NCBI GenBank assembly: GCA_023898345.1
Contig: CP060218.1
Location: 1,087,926 to 1,151,925, forward strand
Direction: 5' to 3'
Source of the DNA: Candidatus Woesearchaeota archaeon
GTDB taxonomy: Archaea; Nanobdellota; Nanobdellia; Woesearchaeales; UBA583
DNA: 64,000 nucleotides
The notes under the pieces were generated by a model. The model saw only the letters and a list, made by a program, of their open reading frames with translations. It made no database searches and was not told the DNA's origin. This document shows, one piece after another, positions 36,489 through 45,901 of this stretch; the first letter of the stretch is position 1; each line of letters starts with the position of its first letter. The position numbers and the translations under genes are program-made.

Positions 36489-37778
36489 TCAACTCCAAGA
36501 TGCTAAAGGCGCATAATCATACGTTGTTCCTGTTACAAGAAAGGAACTGGGATTAGTACAGACAACATATGACCCACGAGTTTCGTTTGTAAGACAGGGC
36601 CCAAAACTTTCATAATAATTTCCAATATTATAAGCTCCAACTGAATAATTATAAGAAAAACTACCTGCGTAATTAGTAGTAGAACTATCAAAATAATTAT
36701 TATAAAATGAATTATTGTTGCCATTGCCAGAAGCATGATATTTCCCTGAAGGGGTGTTTGTTATAATACTGTTTCTTACCTGATTATTGTCCGTGCCTGA
36801 AAAAATATCTATTGTTCCATCATTGAAGACATTTGAATTATTATCAAACACAACAGTATCAATAAGATTATTATCTGACCCTGAGAAAATAGTTATACCA
36901 TTATCATGATTATGGGATAATTGTGAATTTCTTAAAATATTATAATTAGAATTTATCTCAAAGGAAATTCCATCATCATATCCAGAACCTAAGGCATTAT
37001 TTGTATTATAGTTTGAAATTATGCCATCAAATAGGTTATAATTGCTATTGACTAACCTAATTCCACCACCATTATTAGAAGTACTAGTGTTTAGGACAGA
37101 ACAATTATCTGCAGCATTCATGTAAATTCCATCATCAAAACCACTGATGTCACAATTTTGTATTGTAATTCCATCAAAGCTGTTTATGTAGAATCCAAAT
37201 CCACTTGTATCCCCATCTCCAGTTATAGAGTAGCCCATACAATCAAAGGTTAGATTCCCTGTTGAGAAAGTAAAGCAATTGCCATCTTGATTTGAAATAG
37301 AATTCATCAGGTAAACTTTAGAGTAATTTTCTAGTGTTGATGCACTAATATCTCCACAAGCACTTACACTTACATAATCTATTATAATTCTTTCCAGAAA
37401 AAAACTCTTCTCAACAATGGAGTTCTCTGTCACTAACACGACTGAGTGAGTAGAACTATCCAAACTTTCTAAACAAGTAGCTACATCAATTTCAGTTATC
37501 CCCGTATTTACTGTCGTATTTAACCCGCAATCAACTCCTCCAATTTCTATTCTATAAATTGTCAGATTATCTTCAATACTTTTTACATATAGACTCTCCC
37601 CAAATAAATTTTCAATAAAAAGACTTCCACTTGCTGACCCTGCAGTTCTCTCAATACTACTAGTACTACTTGAAAAATATTGGTTAAACCATCCCTGAAA
37701 GCTAAGAATTCCCAATGTAGTTACCAGAATTACCAATATTGTGGCTATGATTGGACTTATTGCCTTTTTCTGGGACAT
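36489..37778 (-). CDS. Pilin-like surface protein: archaeal class III signal peptide plus parallel beta-helix domain
   Basis: N-terminus MSQKKAISPIIATILVILVTTLGILSF (archaeal type IV pilin / flagellin N-terminal motif), followed by N/G/S-rich beta-helix-like repeats (NNLIDTVVFDNNSNVFNDGTIDIFSGTDNNQVRNSII). Confidence 0.7.
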   Translation of the reverse strand: MSQKKAISPIIATILVILVTTLGILSFQGWFNQYFSSSTSSIERTAGSASGSLFIENLFGESLYVKSIEDNLTIYRIEIGGVDCGLNTTVNTGITEIDVATCLESLDSSTHSVVLVTENSIVEKSFFLERIIIDYVSVSACGDISASTLENYSKVYLMNSISNQDGNCFTFSTGNLTFDCMGYSITGDGDTSGFGFYINSFDGITIQNCDISGFDDGIYMNAADNCSVLNTSTSNNGGGIRLVNSNYNLFDGIISNYNTNNALGSGYDDGISFEINSNYNILRNSQLSHNHDNGITIFSGSDNNLIDTVVFDNNSNVFNDGTIDIFSGTDNNQVRNSIITNTPSGKYHASGNGNNNSFYNNYFDSSTTNYAGSFSYNYSVGAYNIGNYYESFGPCLTNETRGSYVVCTNPSSFLVTGTTYDYAPLASWS

Positions 37779-37824
37779 TAGATTATTGGTTAAAAAAATA
37801 TCTTATAAAATTATCTTTTTTGAA

Positions 37825-37894
37825 TTCCTTAGCTTGGTATATACCCCGTAGCTCTACTCATATCAGGATAGGCACAATTTAGCGATTTCTTTAC
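37825..37894 (-). repeat. REP-A short form (inverted orientation), ~47 nt upstream of the pilin-like gene start
   Basis: The reverse complement reads gtaaagaaatcgctaaattgtgcctatcctgatatgagtagagctacggggtatataccaagctaaggaa. Confidence 0.8.
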
Positions 37895-38157
37895 TTTCTT
37901 TCTTAAAAAAACTCAGGATTCCCTAAGCTTACCAAAGGATATGTCGGAACCAAAACCGCTGCCAGCATAAAGAATATCACCATTTGAATCAATATCTATC
38001 CCACCTACCCCCGAAGAATTTGTTAGAAAAACAGTCTTATTCCAAATTTGATTTCCATATACATCGTATTTAAAAATCGTCCCTAGCCAATTAACCGCTC
38101 CACCAATATACAAGTAATTATTATGGTATTTAACTCTAAAAAAGGTTGAATTCATTG

Positions 38158-39110
38158 GTGTGCTAAGACATAATTGATGAACGCTTAAAGTTTTGGATGT
38201 ATCTTTCAGCTGGAACTTTATAGTAAATCCCTTGATGAATTCGTTTCTCGTTATAAAAGGCAATGAATTCATCGAGAGTATTAAACCTTTCGTCGAATTC
38301 TAATTTGTAGGTTCCAAACCATCTTTCTACCTTCCCATTTGTTTGTGGGTGATTCACCCTGCCCAGAATGTGCTTAATGCTATTCTGGTTACAAAATCGA
38401 GTAAAATTATGTTTTGGATCACCTCGATTCTGAGTATTTGTGAAATGAGTTCCATTGTCTGTAAGTATCTCTTTGGGCTTGCCAGATTTGGCAATCGCAT
38501 TCTGGAATGCCAGAATAGTGTTTTCGGTTGTTGCATTTTCGAAGTATTCTGCATGAATAAGAAAACGAGAATAATCATCTAGAAACGCAATGATCTGTTT
38601 ACCTGTAAATGGGCATTGTGACCAGTCTGTGTGCCATAATTCGTCTTTAGAGCTACGCTCATATCTGACGAACTTTATTTGCTCAGGACGAGTTCTCTTG
38701 TTTAATTGGAGACTGTTCTTTTTCAGAACTTTCTGTATTTGGCGTTCGGAAACTCCAAACCCTTCTTCATCAAGAAGAAGCTTGATTCTTTGTGACCCCA
38801 TTTTGTATTGCTTCCAGATTTTGACAACTAAGTCTTGGAAGCTTTGATTTATTTCTTTTTCTTTTGGACCTCGTTTCTGAGGCTCAACAAAAGTCGCACC
38901 ACGTCTCTTGTATGCTTCAAACCAAGAGCTAAGAGTAGATTTTGGAACTTCTCTGGTCTTTGAGAGATAAGAAAGAGAATACCAACCTCCTTCAAGAGTT
39001 TTCACACAACGAAGTTTGAACGTTTGATTGTATGTTTTTTGTTTCATTTCTCAAAATAACGAGAAATTCATCAAAAAAGGAGGCGTTCAATAATTATGTC
39101 TTAGCACACT
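38158..39110 (-). mobile_element. IS481-family insertion sequence (~953 bp) with 24-bp terminal inverted repeats
   Basis: Left end tgtgctaagacataattgatgaac matches the reverse complement of the right end gttcaataattatgtcttagcaca (1 mismatch). Flanking near-duplicate ttgaattc(a/g)ttgg (putative target-site duplication). Single DDE transposase ORF inside. Confidence 0.85.
38163..39047 (-). CDS. DDE transposase, integrase-core (rve) domain, IS481 family
   Basis: N-terminal HTH, then catalytic D (HTDWS), D (LTDNG) and E (TNGKVER) with typical spacing. The ORF ends 5 nt from the IS terminus. Confidence 0.85.
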   Translation of the reverse strand: MKQKTYNQTFKLRCVKTLEGGWYSLSYLSKTREVPKSTLSSWFEAYKRRGATFVEPQKRGPKEKEINQSFQDLVVKIWKQYKMGSQRIKLLLDEEGFGVSERQIQKVLKKNSLQLNKRTRPEQIKFVRYERSSKDELWHTDWSQCPFTGKQIIAFLDDYSRFLIHAEYFENATTENTILAFQNAIAKSGKPKEILTDNGTHFTNTQNRGDPKHNFTRFCNQNSIKHILGRVNHPQTNGKVERWFGTYKLEFDERFNTLDEFIAFYNEKRIHQGIYYKVPAERYIQNFKRSSIMS

Positions 39111-40406
39111 TGAATTCGTTGGCAGACTTATATTAAATATCTGATTTCCATCAGGATCAAACTTCATAAGAAGCCCTACGGTCTCAGTAAATGTGGGATT
39201 AAGTGAGTAGGCCACAGCGTAAACATTTTCTTGATTATCTAATGTAACATCCCATGCACAGTCATAATAATCTAAGAAGAAGAGCTTTGCACTATAATTC
39301 CACACCTCAGAACCTGTGGAATTGAATTTTACTACAAAGCTCCGATTCCCTAAATTATCTTTGTGACCTACAGCATAAATCTCTTCTTGTGAATTCACTT
39401 TAAGACCCCAAAGTAAAGCGTTCTTAGTGGCCTCAGTATAATTTTTTTCCCAAATAAGGTTCCCCAATAAATCATACTTTGCCAAAAAGATTCCCCCACT
39501 ACCACCAAGGTAGCCTCCCACGTATACAAAGTCATTTCTGACGTCTATTGCAGTCCCATAAGTATTTACCCCCTGATAATTGAAGTATGGTCCTGATCTT
39601 GACCCCGAAGTATTGTATCTTGCCCACGCAAGTTTGAAAACGCCTGCGTCAAATAATATTCCTACAACATAGGCATCATCATTATACACTTTTATCCCTT
39701 CTGTCCCTTCATAATAAACTCCATTTGAAATTAGATCATTCCACTCATAACTTCCATTTGATAAAAATTTCACGGCATCCCAATCCTGATTATTTGAAGC
39801 TGATCTTGGTCTTGATGCCATGTACACGTCATCATTGGAGTCAACTGCAAGACCTAATACATCGTCGCTGTACGTTCCCTGATCATAAGTATTTACCCAT
39901 ACTTGAGAGGGCATTTTCACATGAACAGCATTCAAATCTATAAAGTATTCCTTTGAAAGTATGTTCTTTTCAGTAATCATGCTAATTTCTATTTTCTCCT
40001 TATTTACTCTCTTAATGCAGGAACTGATGTCCATATTAGTGACTCCCAAATCTAATTCCGTAGAAGGCACGCAAGGTTGACCATTTATCAAAAGTTCTTT
40101 CATACTCTCATTTGTAGTTCCCTTATTGGTGATGTACAGCTCTGCCCCGACTAAATTCTCAATGTCAAGGTTGTTTGTCGATGCTGTTTTTGTCTCAAGG
40201 TCAGAGTGAATCCCTGTAGATAGGGAAGTGAACCATATTTTAAAGCCCACAACTGCTGCGATGGTGGCAACCAATAAAAGGGCAGTTCCGATTATAGGAG
40301 AAATAGCTTTCTTTTTCTTCATCTGAGTCTTTGGGAATATTTTTTATTTACATATTCTTTTAATTACTTGCCAAGGACATCTTTCCCACCTGTGAGTCTG
40401 CTCACA

Positions 40407-40643
40407 TTATTCGCTTTTTGTTTTTAGGGAAAATGCATGTAGGTACGTTCCTTCATCAATGTGTTCCATAAGAAGATTTTTGACTATTCGATGTTGCTCA
40501 AGGAGTTTTTTTCCTTTAAATCCGTCCCAAGTGACTACTGCATCAAAATGTGCATCGTCTCCAGAGGGATTGAGGATTTGAGCTTTTGCTCCGGGAAGCT
40601 TTGTCTCTATGAGATTTTTTATGTCTTGTGCTGTTCGTACCAT
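40407..40643 (-). CDS. bolA: BolA-family protein
   Basis: 78 aa; GDDAHFDAVVTWDGFKGKKLLEQHRIVKNLLMEHIDEGTYLHAFSLKTKSE matches the BolA signature (H-F...F.G...RHR.V...L...IHA.S..T.TP.E). Confidence 0.85.
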   Translation of the reverse strand: MVRTAQDIKNLIETKLPGAKAQILNPSGDDAHFDAVVTWDGFKGKKLLEQHRIVKNLLMEHIDEGTYLHAFSLKTKSE

Positions 40644-40781
40644 AGCTTTTTCCTTGACCTTTTGATTAAAAATTTTTTGCTTCCTCGGTTTAACATTTCT
40701 TTTTTTTACTTTCTGTAACTTAGCACGTTACACACCAAATGAATCGTATTCTTTATAAATATCCCTATTTCTTTTGCTTAT

Positions 40782-41240
40782 ATGAGAGGAAATCAAAGGG
40801 GATATGTACAAATAATTGCGATTATTGTATTGCTGATTATAATTCTTTTTTTATTTAATATAATTTCAATTAATAATGGAGAACTAAAATTTCCCTTATT
40901 TCAAAAAGAATATTTCGCATATATTGATTATCAAGAAAAAATTTCACCCAATGAAGATATTGAATTTGAAATTTACTACAAAAATCCAACTAATGAAAAT
41001 TTAAATTTAAATCTTGTAATTGAATACGATAATGATAAATGGAAAACTTATAATAGGTATATAAGATTAAATGAAGAAATTCCCTTTGAAGCTGTTCCCC
41101 CAAAAAATATTCAAAAATATTCAATTAAGTTTGAATCAAATAGATATGTTAACAATCAAAATTATACTTTCAATTTTAGCTTTTATGGTGGAAATCACAA
41201 ATTATTAGAGAATATAAGTAAAAATGTTCAAGTTGAATGA
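40782..41240 (+). CDS. Membrane-anchored hypothetical protein (N-terminal TM; N/K/E-rich)
   Basis: 152-aa ORF with TM IIAIIVLLIIILFLFNIISI. Confidence 0.45.
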   Translation: MRGNQRGYVQIIAIIVLLIIILFLFNIISINNGELKFPLFQKEYFAYIDYQEKISPNEDIEFEIYYKNPTNENLNLNLVIEYDNDKWKTYNRYIRLNEEIPFEAVPPKNIQKYSIKFESNRYVNNQNYTFNFSFYGGNHKLLENISKNVQVE

Positions 41241-41736
41241 AGTTAAGAAAAATGTAAAAAAACTTTTCAGTTTTTTAGGAAGCCAAAAACTCTTCAATTT
41301 CATTACTCTGATATTAACATTCTTAATAGCTTGGCAACAATTTCAAATTAATGAATTAGATATGACACAAACAATGAACCCCATTATTCTTTCTTCTTCT
41401 TTAAAAGATAGTTCTTATCCTTTAAATGAAACTCCTATTGATTTTGAAATTACAGTAGAGTCTAATTATGAGGGTACTTCTCCAGTCCAATTAAAAATTT
41501 CTAATGTTTTATTAAATGGAAAAGAAATACATTCTAATTATAAGTTAAGAGGTGATGATGAAAAAATCATAACGATTAAAAAAGGAGACGAAGAGAGATT
41601 TAATTTTAGTTTTAATACTGAAAAAGAAGGAGAATACGAATTAGTAATTCTTGTGAGACATAATTTTCCAATGAATACTAAAGATTTTTCAAAAGGAAAA
41701 GAGGAACCTTGGAGATTTAATTTTGAAATAAAATGA
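41224..41736 (+). CDS. Membrane-anchored hypothetical protein
   Basis: 170-aa ORF overlapping the previous gene by 17 nt; TM LFNFITLILTFLIAW. Confidence 0.45.
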   Translation: MFKLNEVKKNVKKLFSFLGSQKLFNFITLILTFLIAWQQFQINELDMTQTMNPIILSSSLKDSSYPLNETPIDFEITVESNYEGTSPVQLKISNVLLNGKEIHSNYKLRGDDEKIITIKKGDEERFNFSFNTEKEGEYELVILVRHNFPMNTKDFSKGKEEPWRFNFEIK

Positions 41737-41832
41737 TAATGGTTAAATAATTTGAAAGATGATAACAACAAGTCCTCAAATTTGAGATTTTTCCAACCTG
41801 ATCTTTTGAGAAGATTAAATAAACCAAATAAA

Positions 41833-41975
41833 GTAGAGAAATCGCTAAGATTTTCCTATCTCAATCAGAGCAGAACTCAGGACATTACTGCAATTTTCAA
41901 GACACGAGTTCTAACTCTCAGCGAGATGGTCGCACAGTGCTGCGGAACATAATGGCCAGCTAGGGAATTAAAAAT
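41833..41975 (+). repeat. REP-A long form (divergent)
   Basis: gtagagaaatcgctaagattttcctatctcaatcagagcagaactcaggacattactgcaattttcaagacacgagttctaactctcagcgagatggtcgcacagtgctgcggaacataatggccagctagggaa. Confidence 0.75.
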
Positions 41976-42171
41976 CGAAATTTTTCGAAATTCTCTATTT
42001 AATTATACTTAAGTCTGTTGCATAATCCTTAGATAAAAATTAAGACTTTTAAATCTGAGATTTAAAGTGTATAATAAAATGACATCTCCCATGTCGTTAC
42101 ACACCTGTTTTTACTCTGAAGTTATGCAGTTTTTACTGATAAACTTTTAAATAAGCTTTGCCTTGCTTTTC

Positions 42172-43137
42172 ATGATGAAAATTCTTGTTACTGGTGGGGC
42201 GGGCTTCATAGGTAGTGCTTTTACGAGATATTTTGTGAAAAAGTATCCTGAGCATGAGATCGTTGTTTTTGACAAACTTACGTATGCTGGGAATCTTGAT
42301 AATCTTAAGGAAGTTTCAAATTCGCCAAATTTTCGTTTTGTCCGTGGTGATGTGTGCAATTTAGAATTGCTTGAGGAAGTGCTTAAGGACTGTGATGTTG
42401 TTGTGCATTTTGCAGCTGAAAGTCATGTTGATGCATCTATTGGAAATTCTTTGTGCTTTACGATGACGAATGCTTATGGGACTCATGTGCTTTTGGAGGC
42501 AGCACGTACTGCTAATATTAAGAAGTTTATTCATATTAGTACGGATGAAGTGTATGGAGATATTTTGAAGGGTTCGTTTAAGGAGGAGGATAAACTTTCT
42601 CCGAATAATCCTTATTCTGCTTCAAAGGCTGCTGCTGAAATGATTGTTAGTTCATACATGAAGACGTATAAAATGCCTATTTGTATTGTTCGTGGAAATA
42701 ATAATTATGGACCTTACCAATATCCTGAAAAACTTATTTCTTTGTTTAGTGTTTTGCTTCTTCAGGACAAAAAGGTTCCTCTTTACAATCCTAAGCCTGT
42801 TCGTACTTTCATTCATGTTGATGATATGGCGCGTGCTGTTGATGTTATTCTCCAGAAAGGAAAAATTTTTGAGACCTATAATATTGGAACGAAGGATGAA
42901 TACTCTTGTCTTGAAGTGACAAAGAAGCTTCTCAAACTTGCAGGAAAAAACCATACGTATATTCAAAAGGTCGAGGACAGAGCTGTTAATGACCGTCGTT
43001 ACAGTGTGCATTATAAGAAACTTACTGCTTTGGGTTGGAAACCGGAGATTTCTTTTGACGAGGGCCTTGCACAAACTTTTGCTTGGTACAAAGAGAATGG
43101 AGCTTGGTGGAAGAAGATTTTGCGCAACAAGAAGTGA
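42172..43137 (+). CDS. rfbB: dTDP-glucose 4,6-dehydratase (NAD-dependent epimerase/dehydratase family)
   Basis: MKILVTGGAGFIGS Rossmann motif, KLTYAGNLDNL signature, catalytic YSASK. The ORF-track start at 42163 is a TTG; ATG at 42172/42175 is preferred. Confidence 0.88.
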   Translation: MMKILVTGGAGFIGSAFTRYFVKKYPEHEIVVFDKLTYAGNLDNLKEVSNSPNFRFVRGDVCNLELLEEVLKDCDVVVHFAAESHVDASIGNSLCFTMTNAYGTHVLLEAARTANIKKFIHISTDEVYGDILKGSFKEEDKLSPNNPYSASKAAAEMIVSSYMKTYKMPICIVRGNNNYGPYQYPEKLISLFSVLLLQDKKVPLYNPKPVRTFIHVDDMARAVDVILQKGKIFETYNIGTKDEYSCLEVTKKLLKLAGKNHTYIQKVEDRAVNDRRYSVHYKKLTALGWKPEISFDEGLAQTFAWYKENGAWWKKILRNKK

Positions 43138-43140
43138 AGC

Positions 43141-44589
43141 TTACCTTTGTGCGTACTTGAGGACAAGATAAGGATAAATCCCTCCAACGTCCATGTACCC
43201 TGCGACATAGATATTGCCTGAGCTGTCAAGTTCTATTCCTGTCATCCATTCATCATTTCCACTATCATAGGTTACATTCCAAATTTCATTTCCATTTGTA
43301 TCATATTTCACAAGTAGAGTGATAGCAGTAGTTGAGGCCCCAACGACATATACATTCCCCAAATTATCAATTACAATCTCATTTCCCCATTCACCATTTC
43401 CTGAGTCATAAGTTACATTCCAAATTTCATTTCCGCTAGAGTCATATTTGAATGTTATGAAGTCATCATTTGCTCCATTATTTGTCCCTCCCGTTATATA
43501 CACATTTCCTAAGCTATCAACAGTAACTCTGTTTCCCCATTCACTATTTCCTGAGTCATAAGTTACATTCCAAATCTCGTTTCCGCTAGAGTCATATTTG
43601 AATGTTATGGCGTCATAATTTGCTCCATTATTTGTCCCCCCCGTTATATACACATTTCCTAAGCTATCAACAGTAACTCCATTCCCATACTCATCACTTC
43701 CACCGTCATACGTCACATTCCAAATCTCGTTTCCGCTAGAGTCATATTTGAATGTTATGAAGTCATCATTTGCTCCATTACTTGAATATCCACTTACGTA
43801 GATATCTCCCTTTGGACTAAGTGCAATTGAGGAGGTATCATCATAATTTCCTCCATCATACGTCACATTCCAAATCTCGTTTCCGCTAGAGTCATATTTG
43901 AATGTTATGAAGTCATCATTTGCTCCATTATTTGAATATCCACTTACGTAGATATCTCCCTTTGGACTAAGTGCAATTGAGGAGATATCATCATAATTTC
44001 CTCCATCATACGTCACATTCCAGAGTTGCTCCATGTTGTTATCATATTTAGCTACGAGAAAATCAGAGTCTCCATTATCAATCCCTCCCGCTAAGTATAT
44101 ATTTCCTTCTGAATCAAGTGCTAGATCATAAAACCAAACATTATTGCTCAGATCTGGCGATTTGTTCCACAACAGTACGGGCATAAGTTCGTGGCTTTGG
44201 TATTGTTCTTTTACAAAGAACTTCTTGCTATAAATTCCTTTATCTGTAAATACTGCTACTTCAACAGAGTTGCCACTTGCATTAAGACAAGAACCCAAAT
44301 CAAATATGTGTAACCCTGAAAAAATACCTGTTGAAAACTCGCAGTCAGTTCCTGAGGCTTTCACATTAGAGACTGCTGTTCCTGTTCCTGCTTGAAAAAA
44401 GAGCTCGTCGCCAACGAGATCGACAATCCCCACACTTTGGCCGCTTGCTGTGTCGGACTCGGCTTTTGCGAAAAGAGCAGATCGAAAGGAATCAAACCAG
44501 CTACTGAAAAAAATGACTGCGACAACAGCAACGACAAGAAGTAGGGCAACGGCAATGACGGGAGAAATAGCTTTTTTTGGCGAGCGCAT
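43141..44589 (-). CDS. Pilin-like adhesin: class III signal peptide plus about 8 SBBP beta-propeller repeats
   Basis: MRSPKKAISPVIAVALLLVVAVVAVIFF, then ~41-aa repeats (YDSSGNEIWNVTYDGGN.DD.SSIALSPKGDIYVSGYS.NGANDDFITFK). Four units are near-identical at the nucleotide level. Confidence 0.75.
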   Translation of the reverse strand: MRSPKKAISPVIAVALLLVVAVVAVIFFSSWFDSFRSALFAKAESDTASGQSVGIVDLVGDELFFQAGTGTAVSNVKASGTDCEFSTGIFSGLHIFDLGSCLNASGNSVEVAVFTDKGIYSKKFFVKEQYQSHELMPVLLWNKSPDLSNNVWFYDLALDSEGNIYLAGGIDNGDSDFLVAKYDNNMEQLWNVTYDGGNYDDISSIALSPKGDIYVSGYSNNGANDDFITFKYDSSGNEIWNVTYDGGNYDDTSSIALSPKGDIYVSGYSSNGANDDFITFKYDSSGNEIWNVTYDGGSDEYGNGVTVDSLGNVYITGGTNNGANYDAITFKYDSSGNEIWNVTYDSGNSEWGNRVTVDSLGNVYITGGTNNGANDDFITFKYDSSGNEIWNVTYDSGNGEWGNEIVIDNLGNVYVVGASTTAITLLVKYDTNGNEIWNVTYDSGNDEWMTGIELDSSGNIYVAGYMDVGGIYPYLVLKYAQR

Positions 44590-44745
44590 GTTTGGAATGA
44601 AGAGAAACACTATTTATACTTTTGTTTGGAGCTTGAAGAAGTGAAGCTCTTTTTTTCTTGAAACGAACGGTTCTGTCCATAATTTTATTTTGAAACATTT
44701 TAAGATAACTATTTTTAGTCAAAAATAAATCTCTTGTTAGCAAAA

Positions 44746-44890
44746 ATAAAGAAATCGCTAAAATGTGCCTATCCCAATCGGAGCAGAGCTCCGGGGCATT
44801 ATGGCAATTTTCAAGACGCGATTTCTTTACTCCCAGTTGGGTGGTCGCAGCAGAGCTGCGGGGTATAAATACCCAGCTAAGGAATTAACT
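44746..44890 (+). repeat. REP-A long form (reference copy): 5' module, internal perfect hairpin ccggagcagagctccgg, inverted copy of the 5' module, then tail
   Basis: ataaagaaatcgctaaaatgtgcctatcccaatcggagcagagctccggggcattatggcaattttcaagacgcgatttctttactcccagttgggtggtcgcagcagagctgcggggtataaatacccagctaaggaa. gtaaagaaatcgc and gcgatttctttac form a 13-bp inverted repeat. Confidence 0.85.
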
Positions 44891-44969
44891 TTTAAAATTG
44901 ATTTTGAATTTATGGACAGAGCCAAACGAACGGTATTTTTATAAATTCTTTTCCTGTTGTGTTGTTACC

Positions 44970-45713
44970 ATGATAGGAGGAGTTTTTATTTTCATTCTGG
45001 TCCTGATTGTTCTTGTCTTCATTTTTGGAGGAATAAAACAATTAATGGAATACGAGAGGGGAATCAAGTTTACACTTGGGCGTTATAGTTGTGACTTGGG
45101 GCCGGGCCTGAATATTGTTGTGCCTATTTTTCAAAGTTACCAACGTGTTGACATTAGGGTTAAGACTGTAGATGTGCCTAAACAAGATTGTATTACAAAG
45201 GACAATGTTTCTGTGAATGTTGATGCTGTTACGTACTATTATGTTAGTGACGTGAAAAAGGCTATTTTAGATGTTGAGGATTTTTATTATGCTGTTTCGC
45301 AACTTTCTCAAACGACAATGAGAGATGTTGTTGGTGAAGTAACTTTGGACGAATTGCTTGCTAATCGGGATGCTATTTCCGACAAAATTAGAACGGTTAT
45401 TGATAAGGCTTCAGATGCTTGGGGTTTGAAAGTTGAGCGTGTGGAATTGAAGCATATTGAGCTTCCTTCGGACATGCAGAGAATTATGGCGCGAGAGGCC
45501 GAGGCTGAACGTGAAAAAAGAGGCATTATTATCAAGTCTGAGGGTGAAGTTATTGCGTCCGAGAATCTTGCAAAAGCAGCTTCTATTCTTGCAAAACACC
45601 CTGGAGCAATGCAGCTTCGTTCTCTTCAAACTATAAACGACATTTCCTCAGATGCCTCTCAGAAATTTATCTTTTTCCCTATTGAAATGATGGATTTTTT
45701 TAGAAAAAAGTAA
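44970..45713 (+). CDS. SPFH/Band 7 (stomatin-like) membrane protein
   Basis: N-terminal TM, then the stomatin core (ITKDNVSVNVDAVTYYYV...VVGEVTLDELLANRDAISDKI...VERVELKHIELP). The ORF-track 5' extension from a TTG at 44898 is rejected; a TATA-like tttttataaa sits ~28 nt upstream of ATG 44970. Confidence 0.85.
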   Translation: MIGGVFIFILVLIVLVFIFGGIKQLMEYERGIKFTLGRYSCDLGPGLNIVVPIFQSYQRVDIRVKTVDVPKQDCITKDNVSVNVDAVTYYYVSDVKKAILDVEDFYYAVSQLSQTTMRDVVGEVTLDELLANRDAISDKIRTVIDKASDAWGLKVERVELKHIELPSDMQRIMAREAEAEREKRGIIIKSEGEVIASENLAKAASILAKHPGAMQLRSLQTINDISSDASQKFIFFPIEMMDFFRKK

Positions 45714-45901
45714 TCTCGCCTCTGGCATTTTCAAAAATATTTTCTTTTTTAGTTTTAAGTAAATGGTGTTCTCGAAGTAAAAAACTTCTGCGACTATACA
45801 TAAAATTTAGAGATTTTTACTTCGTTACAAGATCTTGTGCATTCTAAAAGTAATTTCTGGGAGACCTGTTTAAAATTACTTTTTCGTAACAAAATGCCTT
45901 A

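Larger units (their letters stand above)
37913..40322 (-). pseudogene. SBBP-repeat pilin-like gene (class III signal peptide MKKKKAISPIIGTALLLVATIAAV) disrupted by IS insertion
   Basis: The N-terminal part (40322..~39111) runs ~8 codons into the IS and stops. The native C-terminus (...NSTFFRVKYHNNYLYIGGAVNWLGTIFKYDVYGNQIWNKTV...) resumes at ~38157..37913, in frame with the SBBP repeat pattern of paralog 43141..44589. Confidence 0.7.

Noticed and set aside
42163-42171. TTG-initiated 5' extensions in the ORF track (also 44898..44969 and 51597..51614)
   Set aside because: The track treats TTG as a start. In each case a downstream ATG is preceded at about -25 to -30 by a TATA-like box, and the extension has non-protein-like composition or is made of repeat sequence.
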